Source: Clostridia bacterium | GTDB taxonomy: Bacteria; Bacillota; Clostridia; Oscillospirales; CAG-272 | Direction of reading: 5' to 3' | DNA: 64,000 bases | Assembly (NCBI GenBank): GCA_017467815.1 | Contig: JAFUKI010000057.1 | Location: 4,533-68,532, forward strand | In this document: piece by piece, positions 1 through 10,212 of the stretch | Position numbering within the stretch: the stretch's first letter is position 1 | Layout: every line of letters starts with the position of its first letter | Notes under the pieces: model-generated | Told to the model about the DNA's origin: nothing | The model's database searches: none | Seen by the model: the letters and a program-made list of their open reading frames with translations, nothing else | Made by a program: the position numbers and the translations under genes

Positions 1-659
1 CTCTGAGAGCCTTCTGTTTCTATGGAACGCACCACAAAGAACAGTTTATAGACACCCAGAATAAAGATCGTCAGGATCGCCAGCGTCACTATGGCAAGGA
101 ACAACCCTCTGCGATGCTCCACGAACTTCTTATGTAAGGTCGCCTGTTTCTTCGCCATATCCAGTTCACGGACCCATCTTTCGTCTATGGTTTCAAACAG
201 GTTTATGATGTTGTCAAGGATCAGTTTCTTACGCTTCTTTACAGCCGCACCGCCGGAGTAGAATTCCTTTGTTTCTGTAAAAGCCGCTGTTTTCGGAGCA
301 CTTCGCCGGGTGTAGGTGTTGTTGTCCGGTCTTGCACTCTGACGCGGCGGCGCCTGTTTGGGTCGGGGATCGCGGGGAATGTACTTTCTCTGGTAACCTT
401 CGCCGAAATGGTACTGCATTTCCCGTTCTTTGGAGCCCTTAGTCGTCACACGGTCATAGATATACAAAACCTGCTTTTTCTGAGCGCCGCCTGTATTTTC
501 GCCTGCCGCTCTGCTGTTCTGTCCGACTTTTGCGCTGTCATTTCGTCTGACATTCTGTCCGGCATACTGTCCGCCGGTGCTTCCTCTGTTCGTGCCTGCA
601 CTTCGTTTTCTTCGCCTGTCCTGCTGTGCTTTGACTGAGAAGGTTTGTGTAGCCTGCAT
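1..659 (-). CDS. FtsQ/DivIB-like cell-division protein, N-terminal part (CDS continues past the left window edge)
   Basis: Not in the ORF track because there is no stop inside the window. My own translation of the minus strand from ATG 659 (GGAGG about 8 nt upstream; another in-frame ATG at 665) stays open to position 1: MQATQTFSVKAQQDRRRKRSAGTNRG...KKRKKLILDNIINLFETIDERWVRELDMAKKQATLHKKFVEHRRGLFLAIVTLAILTIFILGVYKLFFVVRSIETEGSQ. It has a basic low-complexity tail, then one TM helix. It sits directly after murG, as in dcw clusters. The identity rests on position and topology only. Confidence 0.5.
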   Translation of the reverse strand, partial: MQATQTFSVKAQQDRRRKRSAGTNRGSTGGQYAGQNVRRNDSAKVGQNSRAAGENTGGAQKKQVLYIYDRVTTKGSKEREMQYHFGEGYQRKYIPRDPRPKQAPPRQSARPDNNTYTRRSAPKTAAFTETKEFYSGGAAVKKRKKLILDNIINLFETIDERWVRELDMAKKQATLHKKFVEHRRGLFLAIVTLAILTIFILGVYKLFFVVRSIETEGSQ

Positions 660-696
660 CCGCATCCCCTCCTTTTCCAAGATTTTGCTTTATACC

Positions 697-1833
697 TTAT
701 TTGTTTTTCCGGGCAACCAGGTCCATCAGATCATTGAAAATTCTCTTGTTGGTATCCGTTGCCGCGAATTTTCTGATTTTGTTCTGCATATTCTCACGGA
801 TCTTGTCCCCTGCAGGACAAAGCAGTTCTTCCACCTTTGCCACAAGGGGTTTTGCTTCCTCCGTAAGTTCCTTTTCTTCAAATAGCAGTGCCGCATCTTC
901 ATCCACCAGCACGCGTGCGTTTTTATACTGGTGATTCTCCGCTACATTGGGTGACGGAATGAAGATCGCACATTTTCCGGTTGTAGCCAGTTCCGTGACC
1001 GTCATGGCACCGGCACGGTTGATGGTCAGATCCGCCGCCGCCATTTTTACGGGCATATCGAAAATATATTCGTTCAGCTGAATGTTCGGGTATTTATCCA
1101 ATCCCATTTCACGGAATTTTGCACTGCATTCTTCCCACTCAATGGAACCGGTTGCGTGAATGTGCAGTACTTCCGGATGCTTTGCGGTAAAATCGCGCAT
1201 CAGGTAAAGAACCGCTTCGTTCACTTTTTCCGCACCCATGCTTCCGCCGTAGGAAAGGATCACGTATTTGTATTCCGTACCGATTCCCAGTGTTTTTCTG
1301 GCTTCCTCACGGCTCATTGCCTTGAAGCTGCCCATTACGGGATTGCCCACCTGCATCAGTTTGCTTCTGTCGCAGGTCAGGGTCTCGCCGGTACGCTCGA
1401 AATTCAGGTAAATGCGATCCACAAATTTCTGCAGCATCTTTACCGCAACACCGGCAATGGCGTTGGATTCGTGGAGCGCTGTGGGAATACCTCTGTCCGC
1501 CGCCGCTTTTACCACGGGCCAGCAGACATATCCGCCGGTTCCCACAACCAGGTCGGGTTTGAATTCATCCAAGATTTTCCTGGCTTTTCCCACGGAGGTT
1601 ACCGCAAGATAAGCCGTTTTGAGGTTAGCCGGTGAAAGGCTGCGGCGGATTCCCTGAATTTCCACATGGTACAGGGGATAGCCCGCTTTCGGCACCAGCT
1701 TGTTTTCGATCCCTTTTTTCGTTCCCACGAAAGCGATTTCCGCACCGGGATCGTTCTGTTTGATTGTATTGGCGATGGCGAGGGCGGGATTTACGTGTCC
1801 GCCGGTACCGCCGCCGGTCATGAGAACTCGCAT
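697..1833 (-). CDS. murG: UDP-GlcNAc:lipid I N-acetylglucosaminyltransferase MurG
   Basis: ORF 697..1839. N-terminal MRVLMTGGGTGGHVNPALAIA (GGTGGH motif of GT28), full length ~378 aa, dcw context. ATG at 1833 has GGAG 5 nt upstream; the track start at 1839 is a GTG. Confidence 0.95.
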   Translation of the reverse strand: MRVLMTGGGTGGHVNPALAIANTIKQNDPGAEIAFVGTKKGIENKLVPKAGYPLYHVEIQGIRRSLSPANLKTAYLAVTSVGKARKILDEFKPDLVVGTGGYVCWPVVKAAADRGIPTALHESNAIAGVAVKMLQKFVDRIYLNFERTGETLTCDRSKLMQVGNPVMGSFKAMSREEARKTLGIGTEYKYVILSYGGSMGAEKVNEAVLYLMRDFTAKHPEVLHIHATGSIEWEECSAKFREMGLDKYPNIQLNEYIFDMPVKMAAADLTINRAGAMTVTELATTGKCAIFIPSPNVAENHQYKNARVLVDEDAALLFEEKELTEEAKPLVAKVEELLCPAGDKIRENMQNKIRKFAATDTNKRIFNDLMDLVARKNK

Positions 1834-1864
1834 ATGCACTCCAATAATTCTATAATAAGTTGAT

Positions 1865-3481
1865 TTATTCCATGCCCAATTCCTGACGCGTCTGTTTTGC
1901 GATCAGGTCTTTTTCCTTCATATAGTATTGCCGCGATATGGACAATAACACACCCATTTCCCCCAGCAGCATCATAAGAGAAGATCCGCCGTAGGAGAAG
2001 AAGGGGAGGGAGATACCGGTATTGAACATGATCTTTGTAACAACACACATATTCAGAACAGCCTGTAGACCCACATGGGTGGTGATTCCGAAGGCGACCA
2101 GACTGGAGAAAGTATCCGGTGCTCTGGTGGCAATGACATAACCGCGCCAGATAAAGGCGATATACAGAAGCACCAGGAAAACGCCGCCGATAAAACCCAG
2201 TTCTTCACACCAGATGGAGAAGATAAAGTCCGTATGTGCCGCGGAAACATAGCTGTATTTCTGCCGGCTCTCACCGAGACCAACACCGAACAGACCGCCG
2301 GAACCGATGGCATACAAACCCTGCGCCGTCTGATAGGCTTCATCGAGAATGTTTGCATTTTCATCCACATGGGTGGTGATTCGCTTGAGTGCGTACGGGT
2401 TAAGGAGCAGGAACAAACCGCCTGCCAATCCCCCAGCACCGGCATAAATGGGAAAAGTCCAGCGGAATTTACATCCGCCTACCAGCATAACAAGCCAGCC
2501 GATCACAAATATTATGATCGTACCGGACAAATGCTTTTCCAGAATGACAAGCCCGCAAGCCAGACCGATCAGTATTCCGGGATAGAGTACATGATATCGG
2601 AATATGCTTCTCCATTCCAGTGCTTCATCGATCTGCTTTTTATAAGTTTCCACGTACCATGCCATAATGATGATCAGTGAAAATTTCATAATTTCGGAGG
2701 GCTGAATGGTGATGATCTTCAAGTCCAGCCAACGCTTTGCTTCCCCTTCGGACATACCGAACAGAAGCACCATCACAAGCAAAACCAGTGTAACGCCGTA
2801 CAACCCCTTGGCAACTTTGCCGCGGAAAATTCTGTAGGGGAACAAGGAAATAACAAACATTGCCACAAGTCCGGCGGCAGCAAAAATCGCGTGCCGGATT
2901 CCATAGTACAGCATATGCTTGTTTTCCGCAAGTGCGGAGGGATAACTGGCGCTGAACACCATCAGGGTTCCCAGGCAGACCAGAAGCAGGATCAGACCCA
3001 GCATGATTTTGTCCACGCCGCCTCTGACACGAACAATATTTGCCTGCCATTCCCGCTCTTTCTGTTCTGCACGCATGAGCCGTTTTTCCTGACGGGGTGT
3101 CAGTGACCGGACCGGATCCAGTGCCGCTGTCTGTCGCGGAGGAGCGTTTCTGCCCTTCATCGGTTTCCGGGACTGCATTTGTTCCGGTTTCCGTACAGGC
3201 TGTACTCTGCCGGAAGTATATTTTGCCGTGTTGGGGTTATTTCTGTATTGACCGCCGTTTGTGTTACGGGGATTCGTATTGGCAGGGCGTCCGGAGGTGA
3301 AACGGTATTCGGATGCAGCCGGCTGTGTTCTCCGGGAGGTATCCGGATGCTGTCCGTTCTGTCTGCCGGAACTGCGATTCTGTACAGTATCCGTCCGGGC
3401 AGAAGATCTGGTTACCTGTTCCGGTCTTCTTCTGACATGGCGATTCCCGTTTGTATATGATTCATTCGCCACGAAAATCAC
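1865..3481 (-). CDS. ftsW: SEDS-family peptidoglycan polymerase FtsW/SpoVE with a long low-complexity N-terminus
   Basis: The polytopic core from about aa 160 carries SEDS hallmarks (FSASY, IQPSEIMKF, AHTDFIFS, FFSYGGSS). It is preceded by ~150 aa of R/P/N/Q/T-rich sequence. GTG start at 3481 lies 22 nt after the mraY stop, with AAAGGG upstream. Confidence 0.9.
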   Translation of the reverse strand: MIFVANESYTNGNRHVRRRPEQVTRSSARTDTVQNRSSGRQNGQHPDTSRRTQPAASEYRFTSGRPANTNPRNTNGGQYRNNPNTAKYTSGRVQPVRKPEQMQSRKPMKGRNAPPRQTAALDPVRSLTPRQEKRLMRAEQKEREWQANIVRVRGGVDKIMLGLILLLVCLGTLMVFSASYPSALAENKHMLYYGIRHAIFAAAGLVAMFVISLFPYRIFRGKVAKGLYGVTLVLLVMVLLFGMSEGEAKRWLDLKIITIQPSEIMKFSLIIIMAWYVETYKKQIDEALEWRSIFRYHVLYPGILIGLACGLVILEKHLSGTIIIFVIGWLVMLVGGCKFRWTFPIYAGAGGLAGGLFLLLNPYALKRITTHVDENANILDEAYQTAQGLYAIGSGGLFGVGLGESRQKYSYVSAAHTDFIFSIWCEELGFIGGVFLVLLYIAFIWRGYVIATRAPDTFSSLVAFGITTHVGLQAVLNMCVVTKIMFNTGISLPFFSYGGSSLMMLLGEMGVLLSISRQYYMKEKDLIAKQTRQELGME

Positions 3482-3503
3482 CTGCCCTTTCTTCTTTTAT
3501 GAA

Positions 3504-4511
3504 TCAGTGTAAGCCAAACAGCAGAGATACTGCCGCTGCTGCCGCTGTAATACCGCTTGCAGCAAATACGATTTTGACTTCCGACCATCCCTTTTTCTCA
3601 AAGTGGTGATGGATCGGCGCCATGAGAAACAATCTCTTTCCGTGAGTCAGTTTGAAGTAGAGAACCTGCAGCATAACCGAAGCGGTTTCGATAATATACA
3701 CAATACCGAACACCACTACCAGCAGGGGATTCTTCATCATGAAGGAACCGCCGACCACCAATCCGCCAAGGAACAGAGAACCGGTGTCCCCCATAAATAC
3801 TCTGGCAGGATAGAAATTATACACCAGGAATCCGCCGCAGGCACCCATAATGATGCTGCCCAGGAGAAGCAGTCCGCTGTCGGGTTCCGCCTGACCGTTC
3901 AGGAATCCGGCTGCCGCAAAGAACACACCGACAATCAGTGTCACGCCCGATGCAAGACCGTCAATCCCGTCCGTCAGGTTCACGCTGTTGATAATCCCCG
4001 TCAGCAGGAGCATAGCGAACACATAGTAGAAAATACCCAGTTCGATCTCCACGCCGACGAAAGGAATATACAAGGCAGTATTGTTTCCGCATACCAGGGT
4101 CATGCCCACCAGATACAGTGCCGCCACAATCAGCTGAAGCAAAAATTTCTGTTTTGCAGTCAGCCCCTCGTTCTGTTTCTTACGCAGTTTTGCCGCGTCG
4201 TCGATACAGCCGATCAGACCGCCTGCCACACCCAGCGCAAGGGTGAATACGAAAGGCAGTGTGGTACGTATACCGTCCGTCAGGACAAAATATACGGAGC
4301 CTGCAATACCCGTGATCACTGCCGCGATGATAAAAGCAAATCCGCCCATTGTAGGGGTACCTTCCTTGCTTTTATGCCATCTCGGACCGATATCCAGTAT
4401 TGTCTGTCCCATTTTACGGCTTTTCAGAATCGGAATCAGCTTCCGGGAAATGAGAACAGTCAGAATAAACGTACATACCAATGCAAGTATAAAAACAATT
4501 TTGTAGCTCAT
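3504..4511 (-). CDS. mraY: Phospho-N-acetylmuramoyl-pentapeptide transferase MraY
   Basis: 335 aa polytopic protein with KEGTPTMGG, NSVNLTDGIDGLA, ARVFMGDTGSL and APIHHHFE motifs. dcw context. Confidence 0.97.
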   Translation of the reverse strand: MSYKIVFILALVCTFILTVLISRKLIPILKSRKMGQTILDIGPRWHKSKEGTPTMGGFAFIIAAVITGIAGSVYFVLTDGIRTTLPFVFTLALGVAGGLIGCIDDAAKLRKKQNEGLTAKQKFLLQLIVAALYLVGMTLVCGNNTALYIPFVGVEIELGIFYYVFAMLLLTGIINSVNLTDGIDGLASGVTLIVGVFFAAAGFLNGQAEPDSGLLLLGSIIMGACGGFLVYNFYPARVFMGDTGSLFLGGLVVGGSFMMKNPLLVVVFGIVYIIETASVMLQVLYFKLTHGKRLFLMAPIHHHFEKKGWSEVKIVFAASGITAAAAAVSLLFGLH

Positions 4512-4549
4512 GAACGATCCTTACGCTTTCTCATATCATATTGGCCGCA

Positions 4550-6046
4550 TTATCTGCGTCCCGTACGTCTCTGACGTCTTTTTTTCATACACTCGATAAT
4601 GCGTTCCGCCTGTACTGCGCGGCTTGCTTTTACCAGCAGTACGTCACCGGGTTTCAGAGCCGACAGAATCATATCCGCCATCCCCTGGGCATCCCTTGTA
4701 TCCAGGCACACGAATACGTTTTCCGCGCGTATGCCTTTCTTGATAGCAGCCTCTGCAATAATGTCTGCCATCATACCGAAACAGAACAGCTTCTGTACCT
4801 GCATCTGTGCGGCATACTGTCCCAGCTGATCGTGCATCAGACGGGAATACTCACCGAGTTCCAGCATATCCCCCAGCAATGCTGCAGGCTGCGCGCCCTT
4901 CTTTGCAGAGATGGAAACCAGTACATCAATCGCCGCACGCATGGATTCGGGACTGGCGTTGTAGCAGTCGTCGATCACGGTAATACCGCCGACTTCATAG
5001 ATCTTCTGACGCATATCCGCACCTACGAAGGATTGGAGACCGCGGCGGATCTGTTCGTCGGTCATACCCAGCATTACGCCTACCGCATAGGCTGCCAGAG
5101 AGTTATATACGTTATGCTTACCCAGTGCAGGGATTTCCACATTGGTTACCGCTTTGTTGTCGTAAATCAGGTCATACACGATACCGTCGGTTTTCTGACG
5201 GATATTCACCGCGCGGTAATCGCCGTTGCGGTTGTAGATACTCATAATGGCAGGCTTGGGATCAAGGTTTTCGTACTGTTCGTAGAGCAGAGGTTCATCC
5301 GCATTCAGAAGCAGTTTTCCGTTTTCACCCAGACCGAGACGGATCTCCATTTTTGCCCGGCAGATATTTTCTCTGGTTCCCAGTGTTGCCAGATGGGAAG
5401 TACCGATGTTGGTTACGATTGCAATATCCGGTCTGACCAGCTTTGTCAGGTATTCGATTTCGCCCAGATCACTCATACCCATTTCGATTACGGAAACCTG
5501 ATCGTCCGGAGAAAGATCCAGCAGTGTCAGGGGCATACCCAGCTCATTGTTCAGGTTTCCATGGGTCTTATGTGTCTTGAAAGCCGCAGAAGTTACTGCC
5601 GCTACAAATTCCTTTGTGGTGGTTTTGCCCACACTGCCGGTGATGGCTACAAAAGTTGCCTTGGAAAATCCTCTGTACCAGCCTGCCAGTGTACCCATGG
5701 CGCGGATAACATCTTCAACCACTACCGCACAGAAGGGTCTGCCGCAATTCCGTGCATTTTCCGGCACTCTCTGGCAGATAAAGCAGGTGGCACCCGCCAA
5801 TGCCGCTTCGGCGATAAAATCACAACCATCCACACGACTGCCCCGGATCGCACAGAAAATCAAGCCTTCCGCTGCCTCTTTTGAGTTTGTAGTCAGACCT
5901 TTCTGTACTGTATCTATGCTGCAATCGTTATATATTTCCAACTTTCCCCCTGTCACTTTTGCGATTTCCGCAGGTGTCAGAGTTTTTAGTTTCAGTTCAA
6001 CACTCATTCTCCTCTGCCGTGCCTTTCCCACGTTTTCCACTGTCAT
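4550..6046 (-). CDS. murF: UDP-MurNAc-tripeptide--D-Ala-D-Ala ligase MurF
   Basis: Mur-ligase P-loop ITGSVGKTTTKE, DCYNASPESM, and LGDMLELG near the C-terminus. Sits between murE and mraY. An alternative in-frame ATG at 6007 (MSVELKL...) cannot be excluded. Confidence 0.93.
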   Translation of the reverse strand: MTVENVGKARQRRMSVELKLKTLTPAEIAKVTGGKLEIYNDCSIDTVQKGLTTNSKEAAEGLIFCAIRGSRVDGCDFIAEAALAGATCFICQRVPENARNCGRPFCAVVVEDVIRAMGTLAGWYRGFSKATFVAITGSVGKTTTKEFVAAVTSAAFKTHKTHGNLNNELGMPLTLLDLSPDDQVSVIEMGMSDLGEIEYLTKLVRPDIAIVTNIGTSHLATLGTRENICRAKMEIRLGLGENGKLLLNADEPLLYEQYENLDPKPAIMSIYNRNGDYRAVNIRQKTDGIVYDLIYDNKAVTNVEIPALGKHNVYNSLAAYAVGVMLGMTDEQIRRGLQSFVGADMRQKIYEVGGITVIDDCYNASPESMRAAIDVLVSISAKKGAQPAALLGDMLELGEYSRLMHDQLGQYAAQMQVQKLFCFGMMADIIAEAAIKKGIRAENVFVCLDTRDAQGMADMILSALKPGDVLLVKASRAVQAERIIECMKKRRQRRTGRR

Positions 6047-6110
6047 GTGTGTCTGCGTTTCCGATCTTCTTCGCAGTGTATCGTTGTCCGGTGCCTGTCA
6101 CACCGAAGAT

Positions 6111-7652
6111 TTATTCCAATTCATGTTCGCCGGAAATTTCCAGTCCGGCAGCTGCTTCGCGGACGATCGCTTCCTCATCAAAAGGAATTTTTGCACCGTC
6201 CCGTATTTCATATTTTTTGTGACCCTTGCCGTACAGCAGTATGATCTCCCCTGCGACAGCTGTACGGATACAGTGCAGGATCGCCTGCCGTCTGTCCGGA
6301 ATGACTTCGTAAGGAAGGGTTTCTTCCATGCCGGCTGTAATATCGGCAATAATGGACATCGGGTCTTCCGATCGGGGATTATCACCGGTAATGATAACCC
6401 TGTGGGCGAATTTCTGGGCCGCCTGCCCCATCAGAGGTCTTTTCCCTCTGTCCCTGTCTCCTCCGCAGCCGAACACAACGGTCAGCCGTTCCGGATTCAT
6501 CACAAGTGCCGTTTCCAGTACACTGGTCAGTGCCGCCGGTGTATGGGCATAATCCAGAAACACAGTGAACGGAATATTTTCCAGCATCAGCCGCTGCATC
6601 CGTCCGGGCACACACGGCATATCCGCCAGTGCATCCTTTACCGTCAGCGGATCCACACCGCACTGCAATGCCGCACACGCCGCTTCCATGGTGTTATACA
6701 CGGAGTATTTCCCAACAAGGGGCGTTTTCAGCCGGAATATGACATCATCGGCGCAGTACAGAAAGGAAATTCCTTCCGCACCGTGATCCGTCAATCGCAT
6801 TGCCGACACATTCCGAGTCCAGTCGGTTCCCGCGCCGCAGGTTATAAACCGGATGGGATTATCGGGTATCTCTCCTGCCAGGCGCATCAGTTCACCGCAA
6901 TACGGATCATCCGCATTGCAGATCCCTATTTCCGCGCCCATGGAGGAAAACAGTCTTGCTTTTGCCGCCAGATACCGATCCATTGTGCCGTGGTAATCCA
7001 GGTGTTCATGGGCAAGATTGGTAAACACGGCAATCTTCGGTTTCACACCGTCGGTTTTCCGCAGGTCCAATCCGTGGGAGGATGCTTCATACACAAAGGT
7101 ATCACATCCGTACTGCCGCATCATGGCGATGGCTCCGTAGAAATATTCGGGATCCGGTGTGGTCATGGCGCCCGCCGTATCTTCTACGGATGAGCCGCCG
7201 TGTTCTCCGACGGAAAGGATCTTATCCCCCGCCATGGCTGCGATGGTCGTAACACATCCAACCGTATGACCGCCTTTTTCCAGAATATGCTTCAGGATAT
7301 AGACCACGGAAGTTTTCCCGCCCGTGCCTGTAACGGCAATGGACAGCATTCCATCCGCCGGTCTGCCGAACCAGTTGTTCCACAGAAGCGCTTCCGCCAG
7401 CCGGGTGTTCTCACATTGGATGTAATCGCATCCTTCCGGCACGCAGGATATGTCTTCACATACCACAACCACAGCGCCTTTTTCCACTGCTTCCGCCGCA
7501 TAATCGTGTCCGTCATGGGTCAGTCCCCGGACGCAAAGGAACATTGTGCCCTTTGCCACCCTTCTGGAGTCCGATGTCATGGCAGTCACCGTATCCGTAT
7601 GCAGCCGCTTGGCAGTGACATTCACACCTGTCAACAGGGTCTCAAGTTTCAT
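6111..7652 (-). CDS. murE: UDP-MurNAc-L-Ala-D-Glu--2,6-diaminopimelate (or L-Lys) ligase MurE
   Basis: Mur-ligase P-loop AVTGTGGKTS, DYAHTP, GCGGDRDRGKRP. ATG at 7652 (MKLETLL...) is preceded by AAAGGAGG. The longer track ORF start (7709) abuts the PBP stop and lacks a Shine-Dalgarno sequence. Confidence 0.93.
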   Translation of the reverse strand: MKLETLLTGVNVTAKRLHTDTVTAMTSDSRRVAKGTMFLCVRGLTHDGHDYAAEAVEKGAVVVVCEDISCVPEGCDYIQCENTRLAEALLWNNWFGRPADGMLSIAVTGTGGKTSVVYILKHILEKGGHTVGCVTTIAAMAGDKILSVGEHGGSSVEDTAGAMTTPDPEYFYGAIAMMRQYGCDTFVYEASSHGLDLRKTDGVKPKIAVFTNLAHEHLDYHGTMDRYLAAKARLFSSMGAEIGICNADDPYCGELMRLAGEIPDNPIRFITCGAGTDWTRNVSAMRLTDHGAEGISFLYCADDVIFRLKTPLVGKYSVYNTMEAACAALQCGVDPLTVKDALADMPCVPGRMQRLMLENIPFTVFLDYAHTPAALTSVLETALVMNPERLTVVFGCGGDRDRGKRPLMGQAAQKFAHRVIITGDNPRSEDPMSIIADITAGMEETLPYEVIPDRRQAILHCIRTAVAGEIILLYGKGHKKYEIRDGAKIPFDEEAIVREAAAGLEISGEHELE

Positions 7653-7709
7653 ACAAGCCTCCTTTGGTGAAATCTTTTCACTTCCGGATTCTTGTACGTT
7701 TGGGTGCAA

Positions 7710-10052
7710 TCAGTCTGTCAGATCCAAGTGCCGCAGTGTAACCTGTACCACCGTACCCTTGGAGACGGATGTTCCGCCTGCAGGGGTCTGGCCGATGACA
7801 GTTGCCGTACTGCCGTTGAGGGAACCCTCGAAGGATGCGTTCAGACCTGCATTGATCAGGGCTTTGTTCGCATTGTACGCTGTCATGCCGGTAAGGTCGG
7901 GAATGACGATGTTTTCCACGGGCACTTCACTGCCGGTGTACAGCACCAGTCTTCCTTCATCCTTGGCGATCTGGGAGCCGGCTGCCGGTACCTGTGCGGT
8001 AATGGTATCGCCGTCTCCGAGGATCTCGTAGGTAAATCCACGCCAACTCAGGTCTGTGATGGTATTTTCCACCGACGCGCCGATGTAGTTGGACAGAGTG
8101 ATTGTCTGGTTTTCCAGTTCTTCACTGGTATACTGTGCTTCCACCCCGATGTAGGGCAGAATGAATGATAACAAATTCGATACATACGGCGCCGCAACCA
8201 CACTGCCGTATACACTGTCAATGGAAGGTTCATCAACCATAATGATTACAGCAATCTGGGGATCGTCCGCCGGGGCATATGCCACACAGGAGCCGATACG
8301 GTAGGAATATTCGCCGTATTCGTCCACCTTGTCTTTCTTTTCGGAAGTACCGGTCTTGGCTGCGACACGGTATCCTTTTACGTATGCATTCTTCGCACCG
8401 CCGTCACCGGATACGCCTTCTTCCAGAATATCCGTGATCCGTTCACATACATCGGTGCTGACTACCTGACGCAGGGGTTCTGCCTCGTAACTCTGGATCA
8501 CATTGCCGTTGTCGTCCGTGATCTTGGACAGCAGGTGGGGTGTTACCAGATAACCGCCGTTTGCAATGGTGCATATGGCGCGAAGCTGCTGTATAGGTGT
8601 GGTCTTAAAGGTCTGACCGAAGGAATATACGGCGAGGGATACATTGGTAAACGCATCAAAATCGTGATAATACGTACTGGTTTCCCCCGGCAGGTCTATT
8701 CCGGTTTTTCCGTCATAACCGAATGATTCAAAATAATTATAGAATTTCTCCCGTCCCACTCTTGCGGCGATCTGCATCAGTGCCGGATTGCAGGACTGCT
8801 GCAGACTGCGTCGATAGGGGAGCAGTCCGTGTCCGGTTTTTTTGTGACAGCTGATGGGACGTGACCATCCCTCAATCGTCAGACTGCCGCCGCAGAAGAA
8901 TTCTTCCTCTTCCGTCACCACTTTCTCCTCAAACGCCATTGCGGTGGTTATGATTTTGAAAGTGGAACCGGGTTCGTACAGTTCCGTTACTGCCTTGTTG
9001 TTCCACATGGAATACAGAAGTTCGTAGTACGCGTCTGTGTAGGCATCCGTGCCTGTATCCATACCGTGCAGCTTTGCCTGGGAGAAATCGTCCAGCACAT
9101 AAGGGTTGTTCAGATCAAAGGACGGGTATGTTGCCATTCCCAGAATACCTGCGGTATTTACATCCATAACGATTCCCGTAACACGGTTCCCTGCACCGGA
9201 TTCCAGGAAGGTTTTTTCCAGCTGGTTCTCCAGTTCGTACTGGATGTACATATCCAGTGTGGTTTCGACGTTGTAACCGTTGGATGCCTCGATGTATCTT
9301 TCGTATTCAAAAGGCATATCGTTGTTGCGTGCGTCCTGTGCCAGAATATATTTACCGCTGGTACCTTCCAGAAGATTGTTGTAATAACTCTCCAGACCGT
9401 AGATACCGACGCCGTCGCTGTTGGTAAAGCCGATGACATGGGACGCAAGGTCGCTCTTAGGATAATACCGTTTGGCGGATGTTACAAAGTAAATCTGGTC
9501 ATTCAGATCAAACTCTGCGATAAACGCCTTCAGCGTATCCGCCATTTCTTCGCTGATGCCGTTCTTGATCACTTCATAGGCTCTGTTCTGTTTGGCAGCC
9601 TTTTCCATGATTTTATCATAATCCACATTCAGATATGCCGCCAGCATCTTGCCGATCAGTTCATCCACACGGTCCCCGGAAAAATGAAGACCGATGCTGT
9701 CGTTGTCATACCGATAGTGAACGTCGTTTTCCGTGTCCTTATCGCTATTGGCTTCGGCATCCGATTCCAGTCTGGCTTTTATATCCCTGGGGGAGATGAT
9801 CACGTTGTACACCGTTACATTGGTTGCCAGAATATTGCCGTTGCGGTCGGTGATCATGCCTCTTTCGGGGTTGACCTCTGTCTGTATGGTAAGCTGGTTC
9901 AGTACCTTGCCCTGGTAATACTCGTGCATTTTCAGCTGGTAGTTCGCAAGGAACCCGACGATCACGGCAGCAATACCGGCAAACAGAGCGAACACCGTCA
10001 GCATACGGTGGTAGGTTTTCTTATCCACACGGTTCTTGACTTCGTTATTCAT
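7710..10052 (-). CDS. Class B penicillin-binding protein (FtsI/SpoVD/PBP2B-like) with two C-terminal PASTA repeats
   Basis: N-terminal TM helix, dimerisation region, and transpeptidase motifs STFK (EPGSTFKIITT) and KTG (AAKTGTSE). The C-terminal ~130 aa form two PASTA-like repeats. ATG at 10052 has AGGAGA 5 nt upstream; the track start is 10088. Confidence 0.92.
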   Translation of the reverse strand: MNNEVKNRVDKKTYHRMLTVFALFAGIAAVIVGFLANYQLKMHEYYQGKVLNQLTIQTEVNPERGMITDRNGNILATNVTVYNVIISPRDIKARLESDAEANSDKDTENDVHYRYDNDSIGLHFSGDRVDELIGKMLAAYLNVDYDKIMEKAAKQNRAYEVIKNGISEEMADTLKAFIAEFDLNDQIYFVTSAKRYYPKSDLASHVIGFTNSDGVGIYGLESYYNNLLEGTSGKYILAQDARNNDMPFEYERYIEASNGYNVETTLDMYIQYELENQLEKTFLESGAGNRVTGIVMDVNTAGILGMATYPSFDLNNPYVLDDFSQAKLHGMDTGTDAYTDAYYELLYSMWNNKAVTELYEPGSTFKIITTAMAFEEKVVTEEEEFFCGGSLTIEGWSRPISCHKKTGHGLLPYRRSLQQSCNPALMQIAARVGREKFYNYFESFGYDGKTGIDLPGETSTYYHDFDAFTNVSLAVYSFGQTFKTTPIQQLRAICTIANGGYLVTPHLLSKITDDNGNVIQSYEAEPLRQVVSTDVCERITDILEEGVSGDGGAKNAYVKGYRVAAKTGTSEKKDKVDEYGEYSYRIGSCVAYAPADDPQIAVIIMVDEPSIDSVYGSVVAAPYVSNLLSFILPYIGVEAQYTSEELENQTITLSNYIGASVENTITDLSWRGFTYEILGDGDTITAQVPAAGSQIAKDEGRLVLYTGSEVPVENIVIPDLTGMTAYNANKALINAGLNASFEGSLNGSTATVIGQTPAGGTSVSKGTVVQVTLRHLDLTD

Positions 10053-10212
10053 ACCCTTCTCCTTTGCCCGATTTGCCTTTTTTATCATAAACCCGCTTGT
10101 ATACTATATGCGCAAAGTCCGTCCGATATGCCGAAAACAATAAGCCATCTCACACGCGGCAACTTTTTATTGCCGGTATACACATGTGAAACAGCTTAGC
10201 GGCATTTATGTT

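Noticed and set aside
408-934. Plus-strand ORFs 408..638, 577..885 and 701..934 at the left edge.
   Set aside because: They are antisense to the open FtsQ-like frame (1..659) and to the 3' end of murG. They have no Shine-Dalgarno sequences and give low-complexity Ser/Phe/Leu-rich products.
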